The notes under the pieces: model-generated | Seen by the model: only the letters and a program-made list of their open reading frames with translations | The model's database searches: none | Told to the model about the DNA's origin: nothing | Shown here: one piece after another, positions 9,102-18,041 of the stretch | How positions within the stretch are numbered: position 1 is the stretch's first letter | Layout: each line of letters starts with the position of its first letter | Source of the DNA: Alphaproteobacteria bacterium | GTDB lineage: Bacteria; Pseudomonadota; Alphaproteobacteria; Rs-D84 | DNA: 64,000 nucleotides | Reading direction: 5' to 3' | NCBI GenBank assembly: GCA_017403085.1 | Contig: JAFQOQ010000001.1 | Coordinates: 295-64,294, forward strand | Program-made: the position numbers and the translations under genes

Positions 9102-11834
9102 ATGTCAGAAAACATTAACGAAGTAATTGAAACACGTGTTCCGCAATCATCGTTGGAACATGAAATGCGAACCAGCTTTTTGGACTATGCGATGTCCGTA
9201 ATTGTTGATCGTGCGTTGCCCGATGTTCGTGATGGGTGCAAACCTGTGCATCGCAGAATTCTGTATGTTATGAACGATGTTGCGCCTGCGACCAAGCCAA
9301 CTGTAAAGTCTGCGCGTATCGTCGGTGACGTTATGGGTAAGTATCATCCGCACGGCGACAGTTCGATTTACGAAGCCATGGTTCGCATGGGCCAAGATTT
9401 CTCGATGGGTGAAATGTTGGTTCAGGGCCAAGGTAACTTTGGTTCGCGTGACGGGGACAAGGCTGCAGCCATGCGTTATACCGAGGCACGTCTATCAAAA
9501 CTTGGTGCGTCGCTTATGGACGACATGGACAAAGACACCGTTGATTGGCAGCCGAACTTTGATGGCTCATTGCAAGAGCCGGTTGTATTACCGACCAAGT
9601 TTCCAAATTTCTTGGTAAATGGTGGTTCTGGTATTGCGGTTGGTATGGCGACAAATGTCCCAACGTACAATCTGGGCGAAGTTTGTAATGGTATCTTGGC
9701 GGTATTAGATAACAAAGATATTTCAGACGATGAATTATTCACAATTATCCCGGGGCCTGATTTTCCAACGGGTGCGATGATTATGGGTCGTGCCGGCGCG
9801 TACAAAGCGCATACAACAGGTCGCGGTTCAATTATTGTCCGTTCAAAAACACATATCGAAGATTTTCGTGATCACCAGGCTATCATCGTTGATGAAATCC
9901 CATACCAGGTCAATAAGGCTCAGATGATTATTAAAATTGCCGAATTGATTAAAGATAAACGAATCGAAGGAATTTCTGAAATCCGCGATGAATCATCCAA
10001 GGAAGGTCTGCGTATTGTAATTGAATTAAAACGCGACGCGATTGCAGATGTTGTTTTAAATCATCTGTTTCAATACACGGAAATGCAGACTAATTTCCCA
10101 GTGAATATGATGGCGTTGAACCGTGGCCGTCCAATGTTGTTCAACGTGCGTGGTGTTCTGGATGCGTTTATTGAATTTAGGGCAGAGGTTATACGTCGTC
10201 GTACAATCTTTGATTTGAACAAGGCACGTAATCGCGCGCATACATTATTGGGATTGTCTGTTGCGGTTGGTAATTTGGACGAAGTTATTGAATTGATTAA
10301 ATCCAGTCCAAATCCAGAAGCAGCCCGCGAAGCGTTAATTGCGCGTGGTTGGCGTGCATCTGATATTGAATCTTATATTCAGTTGATTGACGATCCAAAC
10401 ACTGAATACAAAGATGGCATGTTCTATATGTCCGAAGATCAGGCACGTGCAATTTTGGAATTGCAATTACATCGTCTGACCGGCCTTGAACGCGATAAAA
10501 TACATGATGATTTAACAAATCTGGGTGCAACGATTCGCGACCTGCTTGAAATTTTGGGCAGCCACGAACGTATCATTCAAATTATCCGCGACGAAACGAT
10601 TTCTGTACGTGATAATTGGGCGTCGCCACGTCGCACAGAAATATCAGACGCAGAAATTGATATTGATATCGAAGATTTAATTGCCCGCGAAGACATGGTT
10701 GTGACTGTATCTAATACAGGATATATCAAGCGTGTTGCGCTGGACACATATCGCGCACAAAAACGCGGCGGCAAGGGACGCAATGCAATGGCAACCAAAG
10801 AAGACGATTATGTGGTCCAAGTATTTGTCGCAAATACACATACGCCACTGTTGTTCTTTAGTTCCAAGGGTCTGTGCTATAAATTAAAAACATATAAATT
10901 ACCCGAAGCGGCCGCTGCGGCCAAGGGACGCCCACTGGTAAATCTGTTACCACTGGAAAAAGACGAAACAATTACTGCAATTTTGCCGGTCCCAGAAGAA
11001 GACGTGGCGCGCGTTGCAGAATCGGGCAAAGAACACTTCTTGATGTTTGCAACTGCGTCTGGCACCGTACGCCGCAACCGCATGAGCGACTTTGACTCCA
11101 TCCGCGCAAATGGCAAAATTGCAATGAAATTGGACGAAGGCGACAGTTTGATTTCTGTTCTGCCATGTAATGAAGACCAAGATGTGTTCTTGGCGACATA
11201 TCGTGGGCGTGCAATCCGATTCCCTGTGCCTGAAATCCGCGTATTTGCAGGACGCAATTCAACCGGTGTTCGCGGTATTACATTGGGCAAAGATGACAGA
11301 ATAATCGGCATGGCAATGTTGAACCGCGGGGAATCTGATTCTGCAATCCGCGCAGCATATATTAAGCAGTCTCGTGCCGCGCGTCGTGCAGAAACAGGCA
11401 TCGAAGAAGAAGCAGACACAGACGAAGAAGAAACAACGCTGGTTCTGGATGATGCCAAAATGGCAGAAATGGCCGCACGCGAAGAATTCATCTTAACAAT
11501 TTCAGAAAATGGATTCGGCAAGCGTACAAGTTCGTATGAATATCGCCTGACTCATCGCGGCGGTGGTGGATTTACAAACATTAAACTGGGTGGTAAAAAT
11601 ACAGCGGTGGCGGGTTCCTTCCCGGTTGCAGACGACCATGATATTATTATGGTGACAGATGGTGGCAAAATTATCCGTACGCCGGTCTCAGATGTTCGCA
11701 TCGCGGGTCGCAGTACGGCGGGGGTCACACTGTTCCGTACTGCAGAAAATGAAAAGGTTGTATCGGCCATTTCAATCGAAGGTGCCAGTGATAATGACGC
11801 TGACGCAGATTCTTCTGAAATTGTCACTGAATAA
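9102..11834 (+). CDS. gyrA: DNA gyrase subunit A
   Basis: 910 aa with the AMRYTEARL active-site Tyr motif, a QRDR-like region and C-terminal beta-pinwheel repeats. Confidence 0.98.
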   Translation: MSENINEVIETRVPQSSLEHEMRTSFLDYAMSVIVDRALPDVRDGCKPVHRRILYVMNDVAPATKPTVKSARIVGDVMGKYHPHGDSSIYEAMVRMGQDFSMGEMLVQGQGNFGSRDGDKAAAMRYTEARLSKLGASLMDDMDKDTVDWQPNFDGSLQEPVVLPTKFPNFLVNGGSGIAVGMATNVPTYNLGEVCNGILAVLDNKDISDDELFTIIPGPDFPTGAMIMGRAGAYKAHTTGRGSIIVRSKTHIEDFRDHQAIIVDEIPYQVNKAQMIIKIAELIKDKRIEGISEIRDESSKEGLRIVIELKRDAIADVVLNHLFQYTEMQTNFPVNMMALNRGRPMLFNVRGVLDAFIEFRAEVIRRRTIFDLNKARNRAHTLLGLSVAVGNLDEVIELIKSSPNPEAAREALIARGWRASDIESYIQLIDDPNTEYKDGMFYMSEDQARAILELQLHRLTGLERDKIHDDLTNLGATIRDLLEILGSHERIIQIIRDETISVRDNWASPRRTEISDAEIDIDIEDLIAREDMVVTVSNTGYIKRVALDTYRAQKRGGKGRNAMATKEDDYVVQVFVANTHTPLLFFSSKGLCYKLKTYKLPEAAAAAKGRPLVNLLPLEKDETITAILPVPEEDVARVAESGKEHFLMFATASGTVRRNRMSDFDSIRANGKIAMKLDEGDSLISVLPCNEDQDVFLATYRGRAIRFPVPEIRVFAGRNSTGVRGITLGKDDRIIGMAMLNRGESDSAIRAAYIKQSRAARRAETGIEEEADTDEEETTLVLDDAKMAEMAAREEFILTISENGFGKRTSSYEYRLTHRGGGGFTNIKLGGKNTAVAGSFPVADDHDIIMVTDGGKIIRTPVSDVRIAGRSTAGVTLFRTAENEKVVSAISIEGASDNDADADSSEIVTE

Positions 11835-11836
11835 CA

Positions 11837-12232
11837 ATGGGGGCCGGCATGGAAAACGAATATTTTGCATCGATAAATGAAGTGTCAAAACGTCTGTCTG
11901 TGCCGGCGCATACCCTGCGCTATTGGGAAAAACAATTCCCGGTCGCGATTAAGCCAACAACTGGTGCCGGTGGGCGTCGGTATTATCGCACAGAAACTGT
12001 TGCGAAATTAATTGTCATCAAAGATTTGCTATATAAACATGGTATGACAATTGCAGGTGTAAAAAAATTATTGCGTGATGGTAAATTGCCAGATAACACC
12101 GATGAATTATTGTCTGCCATGCCAACGTCTGCGCCTGTGGCGATAAATCAATCGGTCGTCCTGCCTGTTGGTGGCGCAGAAATAGACCTGGCAATAAACC
12201 TGTTAAAGTCTGCCAAGAATTTATTACAGTAA
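11837..12232 (+). CDS. MerR-family transcriptional regulator
   Basis: N-terminal HTH INEVSKRLSVPAHTLRYWEKQF. An alternative ATG is at 11849. Confidence 0.8.
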   Translation: MGAGMENEYFASINEVSKRLSVPAHTLRYWEKQFPVAIKPTTGAGGRRYYRTETVAKLIVIKDLLYKHGMTIAGVKKLLRDGKLPDNTDELLSAMPTSAPVAINQSVVLPVGGAEIDLAINLLKSAKNLLQ

Positions 12233-12253
12233 CTTTATTCATCGGGCCCGGGC

Positions 12254-12838
12254 ATGTTATTTATCGCATATATTTTTATTCTGTTGTTTATTCTGATTGA
12301 TTTATTCTTGTTGATAAAGTTTGCCGAATACATATATTGTTCGCACTTTGTACGCCAGCCACCATTGGTGCAAAGTATCGCACCATTACGCCAGGCGGCG
12401 ACTGATTATATTCTGGCAAATTACAAAGACGCACAAAATATTTGCGAGGTTGGCTCTGGTTTTGGTGGTTTGGCGCGCCAGGTTGCCCGTAAAACGCGCG
12501 CACGCGTATATGCGTTGGAAAATATGCCATTTTCTGCATTTGTATCCAAGGCGCTGGATATAATTACCATGTCGCGGAATCGGACGATTTGGTGTGATGC
12601 GTTTAAATATCTTGATGAAACGGATGTCAAATTTGATATTGCGATTGCATACTTGGGCCCAGATTTAATAAACAAGGTATATGATTATCGGGGTAAAATA
12701 CGCATTTTAATATCATTAGATTTTGAATTAAAAGATCACGCGCCAACAGCAACTGTTGATGTTGGATACGGTTATACATTATATAATCGTAAAAAATACC
12801 CGCACAAATTGTTTATATATGACATGGCGGGTAAGTGA
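12254..12838 (+). CDS. putative SAM-dependent methyltransferase
   Basis: 194 aa. N-terminal hydrophobic segment, then a motif I-like EVGSGFGGLA. Confidence 0.55.
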   Translation: MLFIAYIFILLFILIDLFLLIKFAEYIYCSHFVRQPPLVQSIAPLRQAATDYILANYKDAQNICEVGSGFGGLARQVARKTRARVYALENMPFSAFVSKALDIITMSRNRTIWCDAFKYLDETDVKFDIAIAYLGPDLINKVYDYRGKIRILISLDFELKDHAPTATVDVGYGYTLYNRKKYPHKLFIYDMAGK

Positions 12839-12856
12839 ATTGTGTATAAAACAAAA

Positions 12857-12874
12857 CCCGCCCGGGTGGGCGGG
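12857..12874. terminator. bidirectional intrinsic terminator
   Basis: CCCGCCC-gggt-GGGCGGG stem. The T-run on the minus strand serves the 86-aa gene; an AT-rich tail follows on the plus strand. Confidence 0.7.
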
Positions 12875-12881
12875 TATAAAA

Positions 12882-13142
12882 TTATCGTTGGTTTTCTTTC
12901 TTTTTTGTCACGGCTAAACCAATCGCGCCCGCGCCAAGCGCGGCAAGAGCGGCATAGGCTGCGTGTTCCACTTCTTTTTCGCTCGCTATCGTGCTTTCTG
13001 CCTTTTCGCGCACTTCTTCGTCTTCATATCGCAACGAGTCGCGGTAATCCATTGTGCCGGCCGCACACATTGCCAATATCATCCCGATACCCGCAGATAC
13101 TCCGGACAGTGTTCGTACTATGGAATGCATATCTGTTTTCAT
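12882..13142 (-). CDS. hypothetical small membrane protein
   Basis: 86 aa with two hydrophobic segments flanking an acidic linker. A TTGACA-16-TATTTA promoter lies at 13180-13207 (minus strand), with a GGA SD and a downstream terminator. Confidence 0.5.
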   Translation of the reverse strand: MKTDMHSIVRTLSGVSAGIGMILAMCAAGTMDYRDSLRYEDEEVREKAESTIASEKEVEHAAYAALAALGAGAIGLAVTKKKENQR

Positions 13143-13260
13143 TTGTATATCCTTTTTAGATTTTTGCTTTTCTTATATATAAATAGCACAAAAATCCCAT
13201 TTGTCAAGTTATTAATCGGAAATTGTGAAAATAGTGCGGGCTCCATTATGGGCGCGGTTC

Positions 13261-14763
13261 CTAATTACAAATATCGTCAAATGTAAATTCTTGTTTATAC
13301 TGTACGCCGTTTTGCTTAAAGAAACACACGACTTTATCTTGTCCCATTAAATCGCAGTCGCCATCGCATATTAAATCAGATATTTGGTTATTATTATTCC
13401 TGATGTATTGTTCGGCCTGTGTTGTGGCATCGTATTCTGTTCTGGTTTGAACACGTGCAAACTGTTGCACTGTGGGCAGTGTTGTATAGTTTTGTGTGCC
13501 GTTGCAAATATCGTCAAATGTAAAATGTGTGATTCCATTTTCGCCTGCGTTGGTACCCCATGTACATGTGACGGTGTCGTCCCCAACAGAATCGCACACG
13601 CCCCAGCATTTTACATAAGACACGTTCCCCAGTATCGATTTTACGTATTCTGCGGCCTGTCTGTACGCATCGGGTTCTGTGTTTGTTTGCATATTTGCGA
13701 ATACATTTACATATGCAGACTCAATAAAATTCTGGCGCAAATTTCCTGTGTTCTGCTCATTGCTATATATGATACGTGCTTGTTCGGCGACGCCCTTGTG
13801 TATTACAGAATCTTTTTGTGCCTGTCCGCCAACCAGGCCACTGGTCGTTGCCTGTTCATTATCGGCCATTAAATCGTACAGTCCGACAATGGCCTTGGCG
13901 TCTGTTCCCTTGCGTGCGCCAAAGATATAATGTCCCAACCATTCGAAATTAACAATGCGTCCTTCGAACAGAACGCCATTTGTATGCGCCCAGGATGCGC
14001 CATATGTCGAATCCGCCTTTTGTTCCGGTGTTTGATACAGTTCAACCCCAATAGAATCCTTGATATCTGTATCGCCTTGGGACGACAGACCACTGGAATT
14101 CAGTGTGTATAATAAATTTCCCCCAGTGCTTTGTTCAATCATATCACTAACGGCCTTGGTCATATCGACTGCGCTATAAATAACACTGCGGTTATGTACC
14201 CCAACCAGATTATCATTAGTATCAATGTTTATAAACATATCAGGTGTTCGTGTCTGAAATGGTAATTTTGTGACCTGGCCTGTTGGGCTAATATTATACA
14301 CATCATTAGAATTACCTGGCACAACGCCGATAATACTATAAACACCATTGTTATTACCCAGTATTCCCGTTCCGTTATACGGTTGTACATATGTTCCTGG
14401 CGCGGTCAGTTTATCAACTAATTTATTATGTGCGTCTATGGCGGTTCCGATATAGGCCTGGCATTGCACATTTGCCGGAATACTTTTGTCTATGATTAAA
14501 TTATTAGAATCGCATGAATCATCTTGCTGATGTAAAAAATATTGGCAATTTTGCACCAGGTCATGCGTCGAAAGCGCGCCATTGTTTTGGATGATATAAT
14601 CGTTCAAATTTGCCAATTCTGTGCTTTTTGTCTTGGCGCAATAACGCCGCACGCCGGCATACGCATCACTAATCGCAGTCAAAGAAATCTCAGAAATTTC
14701 TTGTGCGAACAAGACGCCGGGAAACACGCACAATAAAAACATCAATGCATATTTTCTTTTCAT
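13261..14763 (-). CDS. secreted hypothetical protein A2 (cassette A, downstream gene)
   Basis: Signal peptide MKRKYALMFLLCVFPGVLFAQE. The ATG at 14763 overlaps the A1 stop in an ATGA. The C-terminus carries two copies of a Cys module ending FTFDDICN. Confidence 0.8.
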   Translation of the reverse strand: MKRKYALMFLLCVFPGVLFAQEISEISLTAISDAYAGVRRYCAKTKSTELANLNDYIIQNNGALSTHDLVQNCQYFLHQQDDSCDSNNLIIDKSIPANVQCQAYIGTAIDAHNKLVDKLTAPGTYVQPYNGTGILGNNNGVYSIIGVVPGNSNDVYNISPTGQVTKLPFQTRTPDMFINIDTNDNLVGVHNRSVIYSAVDMTKAVSDMIEQSTGGNLLYTLNSSGLSSQGDTDIKDSIGVELYQTPEQKADSTYGASWAHTNGVLFEGRIVNFEWLGHYIFGARKGTDAKAIVGLYDLMADNEQATTSGLVGGQAQKDSVIHKGVAEQARIIYSNEQNTGNLRQNFIESAYVNVFANMQTNTEPDAYRQAAEYVKSILGNVSYVKCWGVCDSVGDDTVTCTWGTNAGENGITHFTFDDICNGTQNYTTLPTVQQFARVQTRTEYDATTQAEQYIRNNNNQISDLICDGDCDLMGQDKVVCFFKQNGVQYKQEFTFDDICN

Positions 14764-15704
14764 CTTAGTGCTTCCTCGCATTTATTTGCAACGCTTACGG
14801 CGCGTTTAGTTGCGTTAATTTGTGTTGCGTTAAATATTGTTGCGGTTGCAGACGCTATTGTTGTGCCACCCGCCAGTACATTGGCCGCCGTATTCAAGTT
14901 TTTTTCTTTTTCCTTGCCTGTGTCGCTGTTATCGTTGCGTGTTTTGTCTGTGTTTGCCATTGCACTGGTAACAACACCCGCCAGCCCCAGTCCCGCGCCA
15001 ACACCGCTAGAAATAGCGGCCCCAGACGCCTTTTTGTTTATGCTGCTTACATCAACCGTGCCCCATTCTCCGCACGCGCGCACAATATTTTCTGCGTACG
15101 CTAAATCTTGTTCGTTGGCGGTCCCGCTAATCCTGGCCTGCATGCGCACATTTGATAGATTTTTAACAGATTCCACACATGCATCAATTTGCGATTTCAA
15201 ATCACCTTTGACTTGATTGGTTCCGGCGATAACAGCGCCGGCAATATTTGTTGCAACAGACGTCGCCATCAGTCCAGTTCGCCAATTACCCATACTCTTA
15301 GATTTTTCATTTAATTGGGCTAATTGTCTTTCTTTTTCAGATATCGCATTATTTTTGTTTGCCTGGGGTGACGTTGCGGCCCAATTTACATGTATTGGTT
15401 TCAGATTCAGTGGGTTTTGCGCATACGCCATCTTGCGTAAATTTGCTAATTCAGCCCCTATTTCTTCTGCGATTTTATCTGTACTAGATTTTACCAGCCC
15501 CACCACGGTGGCGCCGCCCCCAGCAACAGTCCCTGTTGCCGTCACAGCGGTATTTATGCCGGCCAATTTTTTAATTTCGCCCAGTTCATTACCAATACCA
15601 CCACACAATGTGCGCGTATTTGCAATGGCGATGCTAAGTTCGGAATTTGCATATGCCGTCCCGCATCCGCAACATATCATTAAAATAATCAAGCACTTTT
15701 TCAT
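14760..15704 (-). CDS. secreted hypothetical protein A1 (cassette A, upstream gene), paralog of 20930..21865
   Basis: Signal peptide MKKCLIILMICCGCGTAYA, four Gly/Ala/Thr-rich hydrophobic segments, and four Cys conserved with the paralog. Confidence 0.82.
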   Translation of the reverse strand: MKKCLIILMICCGCGTAYANSELSIAIANTRTLCGGIGNELGEIKKLAGINTAVTATGTVAGGGATVVGLVKSSTDKIAEEIGAELANLRKMAYAQNPLNLKPIHVNWAATSPQANKNNAISEKERQLAQLNEKSKSMGNWRTGLMATSVATNIAGAVIAGTNQVKGDLKSQIDACVESVKNLSNVRMQARISGTANEQDLAYAENIVRACGEWGTVDVSSINKKASGAAISSGVGAGLGLAGVVTSAMANTDKTRNDNSDTGKEKEKNLNTAANVLAGGTTIASATATIFNATQINATKRAVSVANKCEEALR

Positions 15705-15866
15705 ATATGCGTCCTAGTGGCGAATAGCAACAGAAATAAGATTCTTTCCTTTTATACAATCATATCACAAAAAGGTTTTATTTTTTATAGTATTGTTCAA
15801 ATTGTTTAATAAAATCATCGCAACTAAAAAAACATGTATATCAAAAAACAGTCGGATTTTTTTAAT

Positions 15867-15881
15867 TTGGTTGGGGCGCAC
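15867..15881 (-). repeat. 15-nt exact direct repeat of the tRNA-Gln 3' end (second copy at 16039-16053)
   Basis: TTGGTTGGGGCGCAC occurs at 15867-15881 and again at 16039-16053, where it covers the acceptor 3' strand plus CCA of tRNA-Gln. Confidence 0.85.
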
Positions 15882-16011
15882 TCAATTCCCTCGGCATAAA
15901 TGCCTGCGGGGCATTCCTGACGATTTGATTGCGTTTCACTTATCAAATCTACTCATTGTCGAACCGGCAACTGGCGTTGCTGATTACGAACCGTGGCCCC
16001 TTCCAATATTA

Positions 16012-16033
16012 AAACGCCCCAAAAGGGGCGTTT
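16012..16033 (-). terminator. intrinsic terminator downstream of tRNA-Gln
   Basis: AAACGCCCC-aaaa-GGGGCGTTT hairpin, followed on the minus strand by TTTTAATATT. Confidence 0.7.
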
Positions 16034-16039
16034 GAATAT

Positions 16040-16113
16040 TGGTTGGGGCGCACGGATTCGAACCATGATAAAGAGAACCAAAATCTCTTGTCCTACCATT
16101 AGACGACACCCCA
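16040..16113 (-). tRNA. tRNA-Gln (anticodon UUG), CCA encoded
   Basis: Hand-folded cloverleaf TGGGGTG/CGCCCCA acceptor, anticodon loop TTTTGGT, T-loop TTCGAAT. Confidence 0.92.
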
Positions 16114-16157
16114 ATAGCGTTTGCAATTATAATTATCTTTAAATAATTTGCAACACT

Positions 16158-16910
16158 TTATTTTGCTTTCTTAGATCCGGCATAAAACATTTTTGAATAT
16201 TCAGACATGACATCAACCATCAGTCCGCGATATCCATTTTTATCCCAATGACGTTCTGCCCCATATAATGTGGTCTTCCAGTCACAGAATTCTGTATTTT
16301 CCCAATCGATAAATCCGATAATGTTTAATTGGTCGTCCATCATAAAATTTTGACCAATGTCATTATGGAACCAACCGTATAAATATCCAGACTTTTTTGC
16401 GTTTTTTGGTTTTAAATCAGCGATTTCCTTTGGGTCGGCTGTTCCAATCACGTGCAGAAAGTTTGCCAATTGCGTTGCGATTTTCATGCGATTTTTCAAG
16501 ACATAAGACGGTTCAAAATCACCCAGCAATTTACCCTTCATAAAATCCTGTCTGCGAATTGTAATCCCGCGCCAGTCAATCAATTCCATTTCCGGCATTG
16601 GAATTGGCGTAATTTTTCTGAATGCATCCATTATACGTTTTTCACGAATTGCCGCCGCCGCGCCATTTGTCGTCAGTGCAAACTTAAACACATGTTCATC
16701 GTTCAAAATAACAACCAGATTTTTACAGCCTACACCAAATGCGACTTTTAATTTCTTTACCCCGCCGGCATTTTTTTTAGCCCAATTGCGCACCCACTTG
16801 ATATACCCACGTGATGATGGATATCGCAATATGGTGCGAACCTTGCTACGTGCCTGCTTGCTGGGGATAAATCCACACACAATATCTGCAAAAAGACGTC
16901 TAAATTTCAT
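16158..16910 (-). CDS. protein-kinase-fold phosphotransferase (APH/choline-kinase-like)
   Basis: 250 aa with the Brenner-type motif FHNDIGQNF and IGFIDWENTE. It lies between two tRNA genes on the same strand. Confidence 0.7.
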   Translation of the reverse strand: MKFRRLFADIVCGFIPSKQARSKVRTILRYPSSRGYIKWVRNWAKKNAGGVKKLKVAFGVGCKNLVVILNDEHVFKFALTTNGAAAAIREKRIMDAFRKITPIPMPEMELIDWRGITIRRQDFMKGKLLGDFEPSYVLKNRMKIATQLANFLHVIGTADPKEIADLKPKNAKKSGYLYGWFHNDIGQNFMMDDQLNIIGFIDWENTEFCDWKTTLYGAERHWDKNGYRGLMVDVMSEYSKMFYAGSKKAK

Positions 16911-16945
16911 ATTTTTATATGCCTTTGTCGCTATGAATAAAATGT

Positions 16946-17020
16946 TGGCACTCCCAACGGGAATCGAACCCGTGTTACCAGAATGAGAATCTGATGTCCT
17001 AACCGCTAGACGATGGGAGC
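16946..17020 (-). tRNA. tRNA-Glu (anticodon CUC), CCA encoded
   Basis: Hand-folded GCTCCCA/TGGGAGT acceptor (G1-U72), anticodon loop TTCTCAT, T-loop TTCGATT. Confidence 0.87.
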
Positions 17021-17127
17021 AATATCATAACCATCATCCACAAGTATATAAATCTTTTAATTTTGCGCAACAAAAATTTGAATTCATGTTTTTTGTATGT
17101 TATCTATACACCCAAAGGGGTGTTTTT

Positions 17128-17730
17128 ATGGAAAACAAAGAACGCAGTCCAATTACAAATATTATTTATATGGCTTTGACTTTATTTGTAGTGATGTATG
17201 GTGCTAATCTTATATCGCAAATATATCAGTCTGATAACATTGCGGAACGTGCAGACGTTGCGCTGGCCGCAGTCAATACGGGTATCAACGGCGCGCGCCG
17301 TGAAATTGATAGTCTGCGCACAACAATCCCGCAACGGGTTTCAGATTCATTATCGCGCCATCCCGAATACAAATACATCCAAGACGCCCAGCCTTATATG
17401 GATAGTCTGGCCCAGGCGAACGAAAAATTGTTGGATCGCGCATATCGTGCGGTTGATGATTATGCGGTTTTTAGTGTTTTATATCGTGGTGAAAAATTAT
17501 TTAATCAATATCCTGAAAACCCAATTGTCCAGGATTCAAAATGGCGTTATTATAAAAACAAGCGTCAAATACAGGCGTTTAATAAAACAAAGGACGGTCT
17601 GGCATCATTGCCTGAAAGTGTTCGTCGTGATATTACAGACAAAACGTTATCAGATATTCAACAGTTGCAGTCGCGCATTGATTCAATGTTGAATCTAAAG
17701 GATAGCCTGATTAACACCAAGGTTAGATAG
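17128..17730 (+). CDS. hypothetical membrane-anchored protein
   Basis: ATG preceded by AAAGGGG. One N-terminal TM segment, then a soluble domain. No family recognised. Confidence 0.6.
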   Translation: MENKERSPITNIIYMALTLFVVMYGANLISQIYQSDNIAERADVALAAVNTGINGARREIDSLRTTIPQRVSDSLSRHPEYKYIQDAQPYMDSLAQANEKLLDRAYRAVDDYAVFSVLYRGEKLFNQYPENPIVQDSKWRYYKNKRQIQAFNKTKDGLASLPESVRRDITDKTLSDIQQLQSRIDSMLNLKDSLINTKVR

Positions 17731-18001
17731 TTCTTTTTTGCTTGGTCTTTTTCTTGCCTGGCTGTGTCTGTGTCCCCAGTATTTGCATCTGCATTTGCAG
17801 AATCATATTTTCCTTTTCTTGGATTATCGCCAACAACTTTTCATTTTCCAATTTAACTTTTTCCAGTGCTTGGCGGCTAACTACCTGTTGGCTGGCCATG
17901 CGTCGATTGCGTCGTCGATTTAAAAAGAATGCAAATACTGCCCCGCAAATTGCGCCGACCGACGCGCTGATAAAATCAAAAAGTGTTTCTACGATTGCCA
18001 T
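17723..18001 (-). CDS. hypothetical TM plus coiled-coil protein
   Basis: 92 aa. TM segment, RRRNRR, a heptad-like EKVKLENEKLLAIIQEKENMILQMQMQIL, and a basic tail. Confidence 0.45.
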   Translation of the reverse strand: MAIVETLFDFISASVGAICGAVFAFFLNRRRNRRMASQQVVSRQALEKVKLENEKLLAIIQEKENMILQMQMQILGTQTQPGKKKTKQKRTI

Positions 18002-18041
18002 AGAAACACTTTAACATTTTGTAATATTTTTATCACTGGGT

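Noticed and set aside
10877-11521. 214-aa minus-strand ORF, and other ORFs inside gyrA, rpoB, rpoC, acrB and virB9
   Set aside because: All lie antisense or out of frame within long, well-supported genes and show Ser/Arg/Ala-biased composition.
15793-16035. 80-aa plus-strand ORF
   Set aside because: It runs through the tRNA-Gln 3'-end repeat and the tRNA terminator hairpin. It has no SD, and the region is better explained as non-coding.
15867-16039. Possible tmRNA acceptor piece or tRNA pseudogene ending in GCGCCCCAACCA
   Set aside because: I could not fold a T-arm or D-arm, and there is no GGTTCGA-type T-loop adjacent to the acceptor strand. The similarity to tRNA-Gln is limited to 15 nt, so a repeat or att scar is the simpler reading.
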